Below are positions 32,477 to 41,962 of a stretch of DNA of 64,000 bases, in pieces; positions within the stretch are counted from its first letter, which is position 1, and each line of letters begins with the position of its first letter. The notes beneath the pieces were generated by a model. It saw only the letters and a program-made list of their open reading frames with translations. It did not search any database and was not told the origin of the DNA. The position numbers were made by a program, and so were the translations under genes. The stretch lies in the NCBI GenBank assembly GCA_944393695.1, contig CALYAY010000002.1, positions 46,244 to 110,243 on the forward strand. The letters run 5' to 3'. Source of the stretch: an uncultured Alphaproteobacteria bacterium (GTDB lineage: Bacteria > Pseudomonadota > Alphaproteobacteria > RF32 > CAG-239).

Positions 32477-33942
32477 TTGAACAGCCGGATTTGGAAAATA
32501 TAACTTATTCCGCCATTTATGCCGACGGGCGGTTTGAGCGGATTACTTTGGGCAGCATGGTTAACAAAGGCGGTGCCGCAGGGCGGATTTATCTGGTAAA
32601 GGATTATCCGTTGCTGGTGGCAAAAATTTTTCACAGCCGCAACCGGAGTTCTTCCAATCGCAAAAAGCTGGAAGCCATGCTGTTAAACCGTCCAGATTTT
32701 CCGCCGGCAGTCAAAGACGGCGTGGAATATGTGCAAATTGCCTGGCCGGTAGCGGTTTTGGAGGATGAAGACGGTTTCTGCGTCGGTTATCTGATGCCGC
32801 TGATAAAAATGGACGAGGCAGTGTCTCTGGATCATCTGATGCAAAAAGCCATCCGCAAAAAGCTTGGGCTTTCGGAAAAATATTCATATCGGATTTTTGC
32901 GGCATATAATGTGTCATCGATGGTAGCGGCATTGCATGAGGCCGGACATTATATCGTGGATTTAAAACCGTCCAACGTATCGGTATATCGTGATACAATG
33001 ATGGTCGCGATGGTAGATTGCGACGGTTTTTCGATTAAGGGCGAAAGAGGAACCCGTTATCCGGCCGATTTTGTCAGCGAAGAATATATTTATCCGGAGG
33101 GAATGGAACAGTCCTGTGACGAGATGGGCGAAGAGCAGGATAAATTTGCATTGGCGGTGATGATTTTTAAGCTGTTGAACAGCGGCATACATCCGTTTTC
33201 GGGTGTACCGCGCAAAACCGACAGCGAAATGCTGACCATTCAAAACAGAATTGCCCAATATCATTATGCCTACGGATTGTGGCCGGATACTTATCAGGCC
33301 CCGCATCCGTATTCTATTCACGAATATTTTGACAAGAAAACCCTGGAATTGTTTGAGCGGGCGTTTGTGCGCGGCGGAGTCCGGCCTTCGGCGCAGGAAT
33401 GGAAGGAACATTTGCATTATCTGCTGCATCATTTGCGGAATTGTCCGAAGAATCCCGACCATGTTTATTTTACCTCAAAGGGCTGCGGTTTGTGCATGGC
33501 AGAAGAAAGATTTCGCGGTGTCCTGCAGGATGTGAAAAAACAAAAGGAAACACCTTTGAAACTGCGGGGAATGGAGGTTTCGGAAATATCGGTAGAAAAA
33601 ATGAACCGCGAAAAAGCCGAAAAAATCAGCGAAGATGCCAAAATCAGACGCTGGACTTTGACCGGGGTGGGCGTTTATCTGCTGTTTTTCGGCCTGTTAT
33701 TCAAAATTCTGGCTCCGGCAACGGAATTTTTACAGAAAATCGGACTCGGAATCCAAGCGGTTATCGTTACTTTTATAATGCTGGGAATTAATACCTTTAT
33801 CCGTAAATACCGTGAGAAACTGCCTTTGCTGCAGAATCGGGCATTGGCACAGATGTTGCAGGTCTATGCGCTTATCTGCATCATTATCGTGCTGGTAACG
33901 CTGAACGACATTCCCAAAGGGCTGTTATTGCCGGCTTTGTAA
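32461..33942 (+). CDS. Hanks-type Ser/Thr protein kinase with three C-terminal TM helices
   Basis: 493 aa. Catalytic loop VDLKPSN, DCDGF (DFG-like), APE-like region. C-terminal hydrophobic helices. Start overlaps the PP2C stop. Confidence 0.8.
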   Translation: MGTVMIEQPDLENITYSAIYADGRFERITLGSMVNKGGAAGRIYLVKDYPLLVAKIFHSRNRSSSNRKKLEAMLLNRPDFPPAVKDGVEYVQIAWPVAVLEDEDGFCVGYLMPLIKMDEAVSLDHLMQKAIRKKLGLSEKYSYRIFAAYNVSSMVAALHEAGHYIVDLKPSNVSVYRDTMMVAMVDCDGFSIKGERGTRYPADFVSEEYIYPEGMEQSCDEMGEEQDKFALAVMIFKLLNSGIHPFSGVPRKTDSEMLTIQNRIAQYHYAYGLWPDTYQAPHPYSIHEYFDKKTLELFERAFVRGGVRPSAQEWKEHLHYLLHHLRNCPKNPDHVYFTSKGCGLCMAEERFRGVLQDVKKQKETPLKLRGMEVSEISVEKMNREKAEKISEDAKIRRWTLTGVGVYLLFFGLLFKILAPATEFLQKIGLGIQAVIVTFIMLGINTFIRKYREKLPLLQNRALAQMLQVYALICIIIVLVTLNDIPKGLLLPAL

Positions 33943-34055
33943 AGAGAAAAGAAAGATTATTTAGGGAAAATCGGCATATTTTGCTACACAAATCGTTTTT
34001 TTTATGCTAGTGTCAGCTCAGTTGTGTAAATTTTGTTAATTAACAGGAAAAAACA

Positions 34056-35444
34056 TTGATTAATTTAAATCCGATTGTCCTTTCAGGAAAGGAAGTTTTG
34101 CCGCTGATCGAGGGCGGAAAGGGCATTAATGCCAGCAACGGTTTCAGCTCGGGCGCCTGGGCCAGAGAAAACTGTGTGGGAACATTTTCCGGCGTCAGCC
34201 CCGATTTTTATGATGAAAAGGGCAATGTCGTTCTTGAAAGATTTTTCAAGAAAAACCGCAAAGAGCGTCATGAAGAAATGGTGGAATATGCCATCAGGGG
34301 CGGTGTGGCTCAGGCGGAAGTGGCTCATGAACTGTCAAACGGAAACGGCCGTATCCACATGAACATGCTCTGGGAAATGGCGGATTCCGAAAGAATGCTG
34401 ACCGGTGTTCTGGAACGGGCCAAAGGTTTAATCCACGGAATCACCTGCGGAGCCGGACTGCCGTATCATCTGGGCGAGCTGGCTTCAAAGTTTGGTGTGT
34501 ATTATTACCCGATTGTTTCATCGGCGCGGGCTTTTCAGGTGTTGTGGAAAAGAGCTTATTCCAAATTTACCGAATATCTGGGCGGTGTGGTATATGAAGA
34601 TCCGTGGCTGGCCGGCGGACATAACGGTCTGTCAAATGCCGAAGATCCCGATAAGCCGCAAAAACCTTATGAACGGCTGGTGGAGCTGCGCAGATTCCTG
34701 ACAAGCATTAATCTGAAAGAACTGCCGATTATTCTGGCCGGCGGCGTGTGGTCGCTGGACGAATGGAAAGATTATATTGATAATCCGGACATCGGAAAAA
34801 TTGCTTTTCAGTTCGGCACCCGGCCGATGATTACCAAAGAAAGCCCGATCAGCGATGCCTGGAAAAAAGTGATGATGCAGGTTAAGAAGGGTGATGTCAT
34901 TTTGCAGAAATTCAGCCCGACGGGATTCTTTTCTTCAGCAATTAAAAATACCTTTCTGGAACGTCTGATTGAGCGCAAACAGGGTGAAGTGGCTTTTTCC
35001 GCCGAGGCAAACACCGAGTTTTCTCATCCGCTGTCCATTAACGAGCGGAAAACGGTTTATATTAAACAGGAAGATGTTTCCAAAGCCGAGCAGCAGCTGA
35101 GCGCCGGTTTTACGGACATTCAGGAAACACCCGACAACACGGTAGTGTTTATGACCCCGGAAGAAGTTAAGCAGATGAAACAAGACCGTGCAAACTGCGT
35201 GGGATGTTTATCGCAATGCCAGTTTTCCACCTGGTCAAAAGCCAGCGGAACCACGGGAAAACTACCGGATCCGCGTTCATATTGCATTCACAAGACGCTT
35301 TATGAAGTGGGACACGGCGGCAGCGTGAAAGATCACCTGTTGTTTGCCGGACATCAGGTTTACCGGTTTGCAACGGATCCGTTGTATCGAAACGGGATTC
35401 CCTCGGTGAAAGAACTGATTGAACGGATAAAAACCGGACAATAA
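34056..35444 (+). CDS. FMN-dependent TIM-barrel oxidoreductase, nitronate monooxygenase (NMO)-like (TTG start)
   Basis: 462 aa. Gly-rich N-terminal motif PLIEGGKGINAS and later ILAGGVWSLDEW resemble NMO/FabK-type proteins. Family assignment is from memory and is uncertain. Confidence 0.45.
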   Translation: MINLNPIVLSGKEVLPLIEGGKGINASNGFSSGAWARENCVGTFSGVSPDFYDEKGNVVLERFFKKNRKERHEEMVEYAIRGGVAQAEVAHELSNGNGRIHMNMLWEMADSERMLTGVLERAKGLIHGITCGAGLPYHLGELASKFGVYYYPIVSSARAFQVLWKRAYSKFTEYLGGVVYEDPWLAGGHNGLSNAEDPDKPQKPYERLVELRRFLTSINLKELPIILAGGVWSLDEWKDYIDNPDIGKIAFQFGTRPMITKESPISDAWKKVMMQVKKGDVILQKFSPTGFFSSAIKNTFLERLIERKQGEVAFSAEANTEFSHPLSINERKTVYIKQEDVSKAEQQLSAGFTDIQETPDNTVVFMTPEEVKQMKQDRANCVGCLSQCQFSTWSKASGTTGKLPDPRSYCIHKTLYEVGHGGSVKDHLLFAGHQVYRFATDPLYRNGIPSVKELIERIKTGQ

Positions 35445-35663
35445 TCAAAAACGGGCCTCGGATGATGATTTGAGGCCCGCTTTTGATGAACGGAAAAAAC
35501 AAAAGAAGTAAATCCCGCTTACCCGGTAAATCAAAGATAAAAAACAAATCCACGAGTTTTTTATTGACTTTTAGCTAAATTTAAGCTTGATTATACACAC
35601 TGACCGGTGTTAAGATTAATGCCTGAGAAGTAAGATTTTTTAATATTTTGTAAGGAATAAATT

Positions 35664-36239
35664 ATGAACATTACATTGACTGGAAAACAGGTTGATATTG
35701 GTGACAGACTGCGCAAACATGTTGAAGAAGGTATCTTAAGCTCCGTCAACAAATACTTTCCTGCCCCGATCAGCTGCACCGTGGCTTTTGCCAAAGAAGG
35801 CGAAGAATTTCTTGCGGAAGTAACGGTTCATCCTGCAAAGAATATCGTATTAAAAGGCTCCAGCGAAGCTTGTGCCGATCCTTACTCTGCTTTTGATTCT
35901 GCCAATCAGCACATCGCCATCCGCCTGCGTCGTCACAAAAACAAACTCAATGACCACAAAGGCAAAGCCGGCCTGGCCGAAGCCGAGATTGCGCACGAAG
36001 CCGTTTATCCTTTAATCGAAACCGAAGATGAAATGGACATCAATATGGATGCCCCGCTGACCATTGCCGAGACCGAAGCCAATATTCCGGTTTGCACCGT
36101 CAGTGAAGCCGTAATGCACATGGATCTTGCCGATGAATGCGCCATTTTGTTCAAAAACAGTGCCAACGGCCATATCAGCATGGTATACCGCCGCAAAGAC
36201 GGCAACATCGGATGGGTCGAACCTAAATCCGACAACTAA
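35664..36239 (+). CDS. hpf: ribosome hibernation promoting factor (long form)
   Basis: 191 aa, MNITLTGKQVDIGDRLRKHVEE.... Canonical neighbour of rpoN and ptsN. Confidence 0.85.
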   Translation: MNITLTGKQVDIGDRLRKHVEEGILSSVNKYFPAPISCTVAFAKEGEEFLAEVTVHPAKNIVLKGSSEACADPYSAFDSANQHIAIRLRRHKNKLNDHKGKAGLAEAEIAHEAVYPLIETEDEMDINMDAPLTIAETEANIPVCTVSEAVMHMDLADECAILFKNSANGHISMVYRRKDGNIGWVEPKSDN

Positions 36240-36267
36240 TGTCGCAATTACAAAGGCTTAACTTTAA

Positions 36268-36711
36268 ATGAAAATTTCTGATATTATCAAAAAAGACCGC
36301 ATTTTTATCGGACTGAAAGCGGGAAGCAAGCGCCAGTTGCTGCAGGAGCTGGCACAAAAGGCAGCCCAAGTTACCGGTCTCAGCGACCGCACTGTTTTTG
36401 ACGCTCTTTTGGAACGTGAAAATCTGGGATCTACCGGTTTTGGCGGCGGAACGGCTTTGCCGCATGCCCGTCTTGAAGACCTGAAAGAAATTTACGGTTT
36501 CTTCGTCAGATTAAATTCTCCGATAAACTTTGATTCCGTAGACAACCGGGCTGTTGACCTGGTTTTCATGCTGTTGTCGCCGGATGCCAGCGGGGCTGAT
36601 CATCTGACCGCTCTGGCTCAGGTTTCCCGCCTGCTGAAAGATGAAGGCACTTGCGAAAAACTTCGTCAGGCTGTTTCGGAAGAAGAAGTTTATGCTTTGT
36701 TAAACAACTAA
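36268..36711 (+). CDS. ptsN: PTS IIA-Ntr nitrogen regulatory protein
   Basis: 147 aa with the PTS EIIA type-2 fold motif (GSTGFGGGTALPHAR). Confidence 0.85.
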   Translation: MKISDIIKKDRIFIGLKAGSKRQLLQELAQKAAQVTGLSDRTVFDALLERENLGSTGFGGGTALPHARLEDLKEIYGFFVRLNSPINFDSVDNRAVDLVFMLLSPDASGADHLTALAQVSRLLKDEGTCEKLRQAVSEEEVYALLNN

Positions 36712-36732
36712 CCGTTCAAACTTCTCTGTCTT

Positions 36733-36776
36733 CCCCTTAAGTCAATCGTCTTAAGGGGATTTTTTATTTTTTTTAA
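36733..36776 (+). terminator. Rho-independent terminator after ptsN
   Basis: CCCCTTAAG...CTTAAGGGG followed by a T-run. Confidence 0.6.
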
Positions 36777-36841
36777 TCATTATTTTAGATATTTCCCTTA
36801 AAATATCTCCCAGATTATAACAACGTTTTAAGGACTGTTTC

Positions 36842-37897
36842 ATGCTCACTTTTATGACTGACCTTGTCCCGGTGCGGGCACTTTGGGCTTTTTTTACGGC
36901 ACTGATTATTGCTTTGGCAGTCGGAAGTCGTTTTATTGAATTTTGCCGTCATCACCAAGGCAAAGGCCAGCCTATTCGCGAAAGCGGTCCTCAAAGCCAC
37001 CTGCAAACCAAAAAAGGTACCCCGACCATGGGCGGCCTGCTCATTATCGGCGCCTCACTGACTTCGGCTCTGCTATGGTGCCGGCTCGACAATATTCATT
37101 TGTGGAGTTGTCTTTTTGTTTATCTGGCTTATGCCGCCATAGGCTTCACTGATGATTATCTCAAAGTCACAAAAAATACCAGCATAACCATCAGCGGCAA
37201 ACTCCGCCTCATTCTTGAATTTACCATTTCGCTGGCGGCTGTTGCAGCAGTTTCCTGGCTGAACCGCGGCCAACCGGATCAATTTGAACTAAACATCCCC
37301 TATTTCACGGATTTGAGTCTCAACCTTTGCTGGTTTTATATTCCTTTTGCCATGTTTGTCATTGTCGGCAGTGCCAATTCGGTCAACCTCAGTGACGGTC
37401 TTGACGGTCTGGCCGGCGGCCTGTGCATCATCGCTTTTGCCGCCTTTATGATTATTGCTTATCTCTGCGGCTCGGATTTTTATGCTTACTTCAATCTTTC
37501 CCCTGTTTTCCAAAGCAGCGAACTGGCCGTTCTTTGTGCGGCCGTGATCGGCGGTTGCGCCGGATTTCTGTGGTTTAATGCGCCGCCCGCCAAAATTTTC
37601 ATGGGAGACACCGGCTCGCTGGCTCTGGGCGGCCTGCTGGGCATGATTGCCGTCTGTACCCGGCATGAAATCATTCTCGCGGTCATCGGCGGTATTTTTG
37701 TTATTGAAGCACTTTCCGACATTATTCAGGTTTTCTGGTATAAACGCACCAAGCGCCGCGTTTTTCTGATGGCACCGATTCATCATCACTTTGAACAGCT
37801 GGGCTGGAAAGAAACCACGGTGGTTCTGCGCTTTTGGCTTGTTGGTCTGATGCTGGCGCTTCTCGGCCTGGCTTCTCTCGGCTGGACGGGAGCCTGA
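36842..37897 (+). CDS. mraY: phospho-N-acetylmuramoyl-pentapeptide transferase
   Basis: 351 aa multi-TM protein with MraY motifs (KKGTPTMGG, NxxNxxDGxDGL). Confidence 0.9.
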   Translation: MLTFMTDLVPVRALWAFFTALIIALAVGSRFIEFCRHHQGKGQPIRESGPQSHLQTKKGTPTMGGLLIIGASLTSALLWCRLDNIHLWSCLFVYLAYAAIGFTDDYLKVTKNTSITISGKLRLILEFTISLAAVAAVSWLNRGQPDQFELNIPYFTDLSLNLCWFYIPFAMFVIVGSANSVNLSDGLDGLAGGLCIIAFAAFMIIAYLCGSDFYAYFNLSPVFQSSELAVLCAAVIGGCAGFLWFNAPPAKIFMGDTGSLALGGLLGMIAVCTRHEIILAVIGGIFVIEALSDIIQVFWYKRTKRRVFLMAPIHHHFEQLGWKETTVVLRFWLVGLMLALLGLASLGWTGA

Positions 37898-37901
37898 TAA
37901 C

Positions 37902-39032
37902 ATGCGTTTTTCCCGCAACAGCCGCAATATTTTCAGCAACTGGTGGTGGACCGTTGACAAGGTTCTGCTGGCGATGATAACCATTTTGCTCATCATCGGT
38001 ATTTTTCTGAATTTTTCTGCCAGTCCCGCCGTGGCCAACCGTATCGGTGCCGCCACTTTTCACTTTGTCAAACGTCAGCTGTTTTTCATTCCGCTGGCTT
38101 ATGCGCTGATGTTGTTTTTATCCGTACAAAAGCTCAAAACCATCCGCCGTATTGCCATTATTGGTTATTTTGTGGTTATTGCCCTTATGGTACTGACCTT
38201 GTTTTGGGGAGAAGAAACCAAAGGTGCCTCCCGCTGGATTCGCATCTTTGGTTTTTCATTGCAGCCCTCCGAATTTGTAAAACCGATGTTTGCCGTTGTT
38301 GCCGCCTGGCTGTTTAACGGCCAGAAGCAGCATAGCGATTTTCCGGGAGACACTTTGTCTTTCGGACTTTATTGCCTTACCATTTTTTTGCTGGCTCTTC
38401 AACCGGATATCGGTATGTCCATTGTTATTACCGCCATTTGGGGATTCCAGTTTTTCTTAAGCGGTTTGTCGCTGTTGTTCGTCGGCTTGCTCATCGGCGG
38501 CGGTCTGGGACTTTTGGTCATTGCTTATTTTTCATTTGACCATGTTCATACCCGCGTCAACCAGTTTCTGGCCTCTGACGGCGAACTCAGCTATCAGGTG
38601 CGCAAATCGCTGGAAGCTTTTTCCAATGGTCACTTTTTTGGCATGGGCCCGGGCGAAGGCATCGTCAAAGTAAACATCCCCGATGCCCACACCGATTTTA
38701 TTTTTGCGGTTGCCGGAGAAGAATTCGGCCTGTTTCTTTGCCTTATCATTGTCGGAATTTATGCCGCAATTGTGATTCGCGCCATGCTTATAGCCATTCG
38801 CGAGAACAATATGTTTATCATGCTGGCCGCGGCAGGACTGGCTGCTTCTTTCGGTCTGCAAGCAATTATTAACATGGCATCAACTCTTCACCTGATGCCC
38901 ACCAAAGGCATGACTCTGCCCTTTATTTCTTACGGCGGTTCCTCTCTGCTGGCGTCCGCCCTGGGCATGGGCATGCTTTTGGCCATTACCCGGAAAAATG
39001 TAAACGCGGAGGATAAAGATGAACTCGACTGA
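37902..39032 (+). CDS. ftsW: cell division protein FtsW (SEDS family)
   Basis: 376 aa, 10-TM SEDS pattern, sits between mraY and murG. Confidence 0.85.
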   Translation: MRFSRNSRNIFSNWWWTVDKVLLAMITILLIIGIFLNFSASPAVANRIGAATFHFVKRQLFFIPLAYALMLFLSVQKLKTIRRIAIIGYFVVIALMVLTLFWGEETKGASRWIRIFGFSLQPSEFVKPMFAVVAAWLFNGQKQHSDFPGDTLSFGLYCLTIFLLALQPDIGMSIVITAIWGFQFFLSGLSLLFVGLLIGGGLGLLVIAYFSFDHVHTRVNQFLASDGELSYQVRKSLEAFSNGHFFGMGPGEGIVKVNIPDAHTDFIFAVAGEEFGLFLCLIIVGIYAAIVIRAMLIAIRENNMFIMLAAAGLAASFGLQAIINMASTLHLMPTKGMTLPFISYGGSSLLASALGMGMLLAITRKNVNAEDKDELD

Positions 39033-40155
39033 CAAAACAGATACACCCCAAACTTCTTCGGAAGAAAAAAAACTGATTATACTCACCGCAGGCGGTACCG
39101 GCGGTCACGTTTATCCTGCCGAAGCATTGGCTGAAGAACTGTTGCGTCGCGGCTACCGGTTGGCTCTGGTTACCGATTCCAGAGGAAAAGACAACTACCG
39201 CGGCACTCTGGGAAAAATTCCCAATTATGCCGTTATGGCCGGCGGCATGGTCGGCAAATCCGAACTCACCAAACTGCAAAGCTTGGGCAAAATCTTTATC
39301 GGCATTCTGCAATCCTGCCTCATTCTACTCCGCCACAAACCGGCCTGCGTTATCGGCTTTGGCGGCTATGCTTCCTTTCCCTGCGCCATGGCCGCGGTGT
39401 TGCTGGGCATCAAACTGATTATTCACGAACAAAACTCGGTCATGAGCCGCACCAACCGTTTCTTGAGCAAATATGCCGTGCTCATCGCCCAAAGTTTCAA
39501 AAAAGTCAAACATACACCGGCAGGAGTAAAAACCGTCCTCACCGGCATGCCCGTCCGCCAGAATATTGTTGAGCTCAACAAACGCGGTTATCCCCGGCCC
39601 GGAGCAAACGATCCGCTGCAGCTTCTCATTCTGGGCGGCAGTCAGGGCGCCAAAATTTTCGGACAGATTCTGCCTTCGGCTTTATCCCTCTTGCCCCCGG
39701 AGACTGCAAAGCGGCTGAAAATTTATCAGCAATGCAACAAAGACATGAAAGACGATCTGAAAAAAATCTACAAGGAAACATCTCTGAATGTCACGGTTTC
39801 TCCGTTTTTTGAAAACATGGCCGAACTTTATGCCTCGACCAACGTTATCATCTCACGGGCCGGTGCTTCCTCGGTCAGCGAAATTGCCGTTGCCGGTATT
39901 CCATCGATTCTGGTGCCGCTGCCCACTGCCGCTGATGACCATCAGACCGGCAATACTCATGACCTGGCTGCCGTCGGCGGGGCAATTGTCATCCCCCAAA
40001 CTGACTTTACTGCCGGCAAAGTAGCCAATATCCTGACATCCCTCTTAACCGACGGCGAACAACTTGAAAAAATGTCCCGGGCTGCCCGCCAGGTGGCCAT
40101 TAGTGATGCGGCGATTCGTTTTGCCGATGCCGTGGAAACCGAAATTCAAGCCTGA
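39019..40155 (+). CDS. murG: UDP-GlcNAc:lipid I GlcNAc transferase MurG
   Basis: 378 aa, GGTGGHVYPA N-terminal motif. Confidence 0.9.
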   Translation: MNSTDKTDTPQTSSEEKKLIILTAGGTGGHVYPAEALAEELLRRGYRLALVTDSRGKDNYRGTLGKIPNYAVMAGGMVGKSELTKLQSLGKIFIGILQSCLILLRHKPACVIGFGGYASFPCAMAAVLLGIKLIIHEQNSVMSRTNRFLSKYAVLIAQSFKKVKHTPAGVKTVLTGMPVRQNIVELNKRGYPRPGANDPLQLLILGGSQGAKIFGQILPSALSLLPPETAKRLKIYQQCNKDMKDDLKKIYKETSLNVTVSPFFENMAELYASTNVIISRAGASSVSEIAVAGIPSILVPLPTAADDHQTGNTHDLAAVGGAIVIPQTDFTAGKVANILTSLLTDGEQLEKMSRAARQVAISDAAIRFADAVETEIQA

Positions 40156-40168
40156 AAGACCCCAAAAC

Positions 40169-41098
40169 ATGTTTAACCGCCTCTTTGAAAAAAAACATTC
40201 CGACAGCCTGATTGATCTTTTGCCCGGGGTACGCGGCCGCTACAAAAAAGACGAGCCCCTGAAAAAATACACCTGGTTTGCCGTCGGCGGCCCGGCAGAA
40301 GTTATGTATATTCCGGCAGATATTGAGGATTTGGCTTTTTTCATGAGCACCCGCCCGCATAATCTGCCGATTCTGGTTCTCGGCGGCGGCGCCAATCTTC
40401 TGGTGCGTGACGGCGGAGTTCCGGGCGTAGTCATCAAGCTGGCCTCTCCGGAATTCAAAAAATATTCCCTCGGAGATCATACCATTACCTGCGGCTGCGG
40501 TATGTATAATGTTGATTTGCAAAAAATCATGATTGAAAACCGCATCGGCGGCCTGGAATTTTTATCTACCATTCCCGGAACCATCGGCGGCTCGGTCAAA
40601 ACCAATGCCGGTTGTTATGGACGTGAAGTCAAAGACGTTATTATCAGCGTCCGCATTGTCAACGGCACCGGTGAAATCCGCGACATTCCCGTTAACGAGC
40701 TGATGCTTTCTTACCGCAGCAGCTTCTTTCCTGAAGACTGGATAATCACATCCATCACCTTCCGTACCACCCCAGACACTCCCGAAAACATTGCCCGAAC
40801 CATTGCCGAACAAAAGAAAAAACGCTTAAAAAGCCAGCCCCACAATGTGAAGACGGCCGGTTCGACATTTAAGAATCCGGAAGGACTTAAAGCCTGGCAG
40901 CTGATAAAAAAAGCCGGCTGCGACCATCTCAGCATCGGCAAAGCCAAAGTCTCCGAAGTACACTGCAATTTTCTGGTAAACACCGGCGGTGCTTCAGCCC
41001 GCGACATTGAAACCCTCGGCGAAGAAATCATCCGCCGCGTCAGGGAACAAACTTCCATTACATTAGAATGGGAAGTCAAACGCGTCGGAGTTTATTAA
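40169..41098 (+). CDS. murB: UDP-N-acetylenolpyruvoylglucosamine reductase
   Basis: FAD-binding domain (WFAVGGPAE..., LGGGANLL). Start placed at MFNRLFEK just after the murG stop. The ORF track's extension overlaps murG. Confidence 0.85.
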   Translation: MFNRLFEKKHSDSLIDLLPGVRGRYKKDEPLKKYTWFAVGGPAEVMYIPADIEDLAFFMSTRPHNLPILVLGGGANLLVRDGGVPGVVIKLASPEFKKYSLGDHTITCGCGMYNVDLQKIMIENRIGGLEFLSTIPGTIGGSVKTNAGCYGREVKDVIISVRIVNGTGEIRDIPVNELMLSYRSSFFPEDWIITSITFRTTPDTPENIARTIAEQKKKRLKSQPHNVKTAGSTFKNPEGLKAWQLIKKAGCDHLSIGKAKVSEVHCNFLVNTGGASARDIETLGEEIIRRVREQTSITLEWEVKRVGVY

Positions 41099-41103
41099 AA
41101 ACC

Positions 41104-41949
41104 ATGCCCCGGTCTGCCAAAGAAAATAATCGCATCAGTCTGCCCCTGGAATGGCCTTATCGTCTTCTGGGCAATCTGGTTATTCTCGGTATTATTTTTT
41201 TTCTGGCCTCAATAACCGTTACGATCAAAACCGATCTGATTAACAAAAAACTGCTCAATCTCCAGGATTCTTTTTATCGTTTTACCACTGATCTCGGTTT
41301 TACCGTTGAGGATATTGTCGTCAGCGGCCGCCGTCACACCGGCATGGACGAAATCCGCTCGGCACTGAACATTGACCGCCGCACCAATATCCTCCGGCTT
41401 AATCTGGATGAAATTCGTGAACGTCTGGAGCAGCTGCCCTGGATTCGCAAGGTTGTTGTCCGCCGCAGTTTTTTTCCTCATACCCTTTATATCGGAATTC
41501 TCGAATATACGGTTAAAAGTCTCTGGCAATACAACGGAAAATTTCATCCCATCGGCGAAAACGGACAAATTATCAATGCTGATTACATTCCCCGCCGCCC
41601 GGTTTTGCTGATTGTCGGCGCCGGGGCTCCCGAAAACATCAGCAAACTTCTTCCCGTCATAGAAAAAGACAAAGATATCTTCCGCCGTGTGAAAGTGGCC
41701 GTTTATGTTTCCGGCCGCCGGTGGAATCTCATTCTTGACCACATCAGTCACGGAATCGTTATCAAACTCCCCGAAACCGGCGTCCGGGAAGCTTGGGAAA
41801 AACTGATTAAATTAAACCGTTCCAAAAACATTCTTAAACGTAAATTAACCAACATTGATTTAAGATTAAAAGGAAAAGTTATCGTAAAGCTTGAAAAGTC
41901 GGATTCTGCGGCCGCCAAAAAGCGCAAAGCCAAAGAAAGCAAAATCTGA
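41104..41949 (+). CDS. ftsQ: cell division protein FtsQ
   Basis: N-terminal TM helix then a POTRA-like region. Start at MPRSAKENN just after the murB stop. Confidence 0.75.
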   Translation: MPRSAKENNRISLPLEWPYRLLGNLVILGIIFFLASITVTIKTDLINKKLLNLQDSFYRFTTDLGFTVEDIVVSGRRHTGMDEIRSALNIDRRTNILRLNLDEIRERLEQLPWIRKVVVRRSFFPHTLYIGILEYTVKSLWQYNGKFHPIGENGQIINADYIPRRPVLLIVGAGAPENISKLLPVIEKDKDIFRRVKVAVYVSGRRWNLILDHISHGIVIKLPETGVREAWEKLIKLNRSKNILKRKLTNIDLRLKGKVIVKLEKSDSAAAKKRKAKESKI

Positions 41950-41962
41950 GGAAAGGAAGAAA

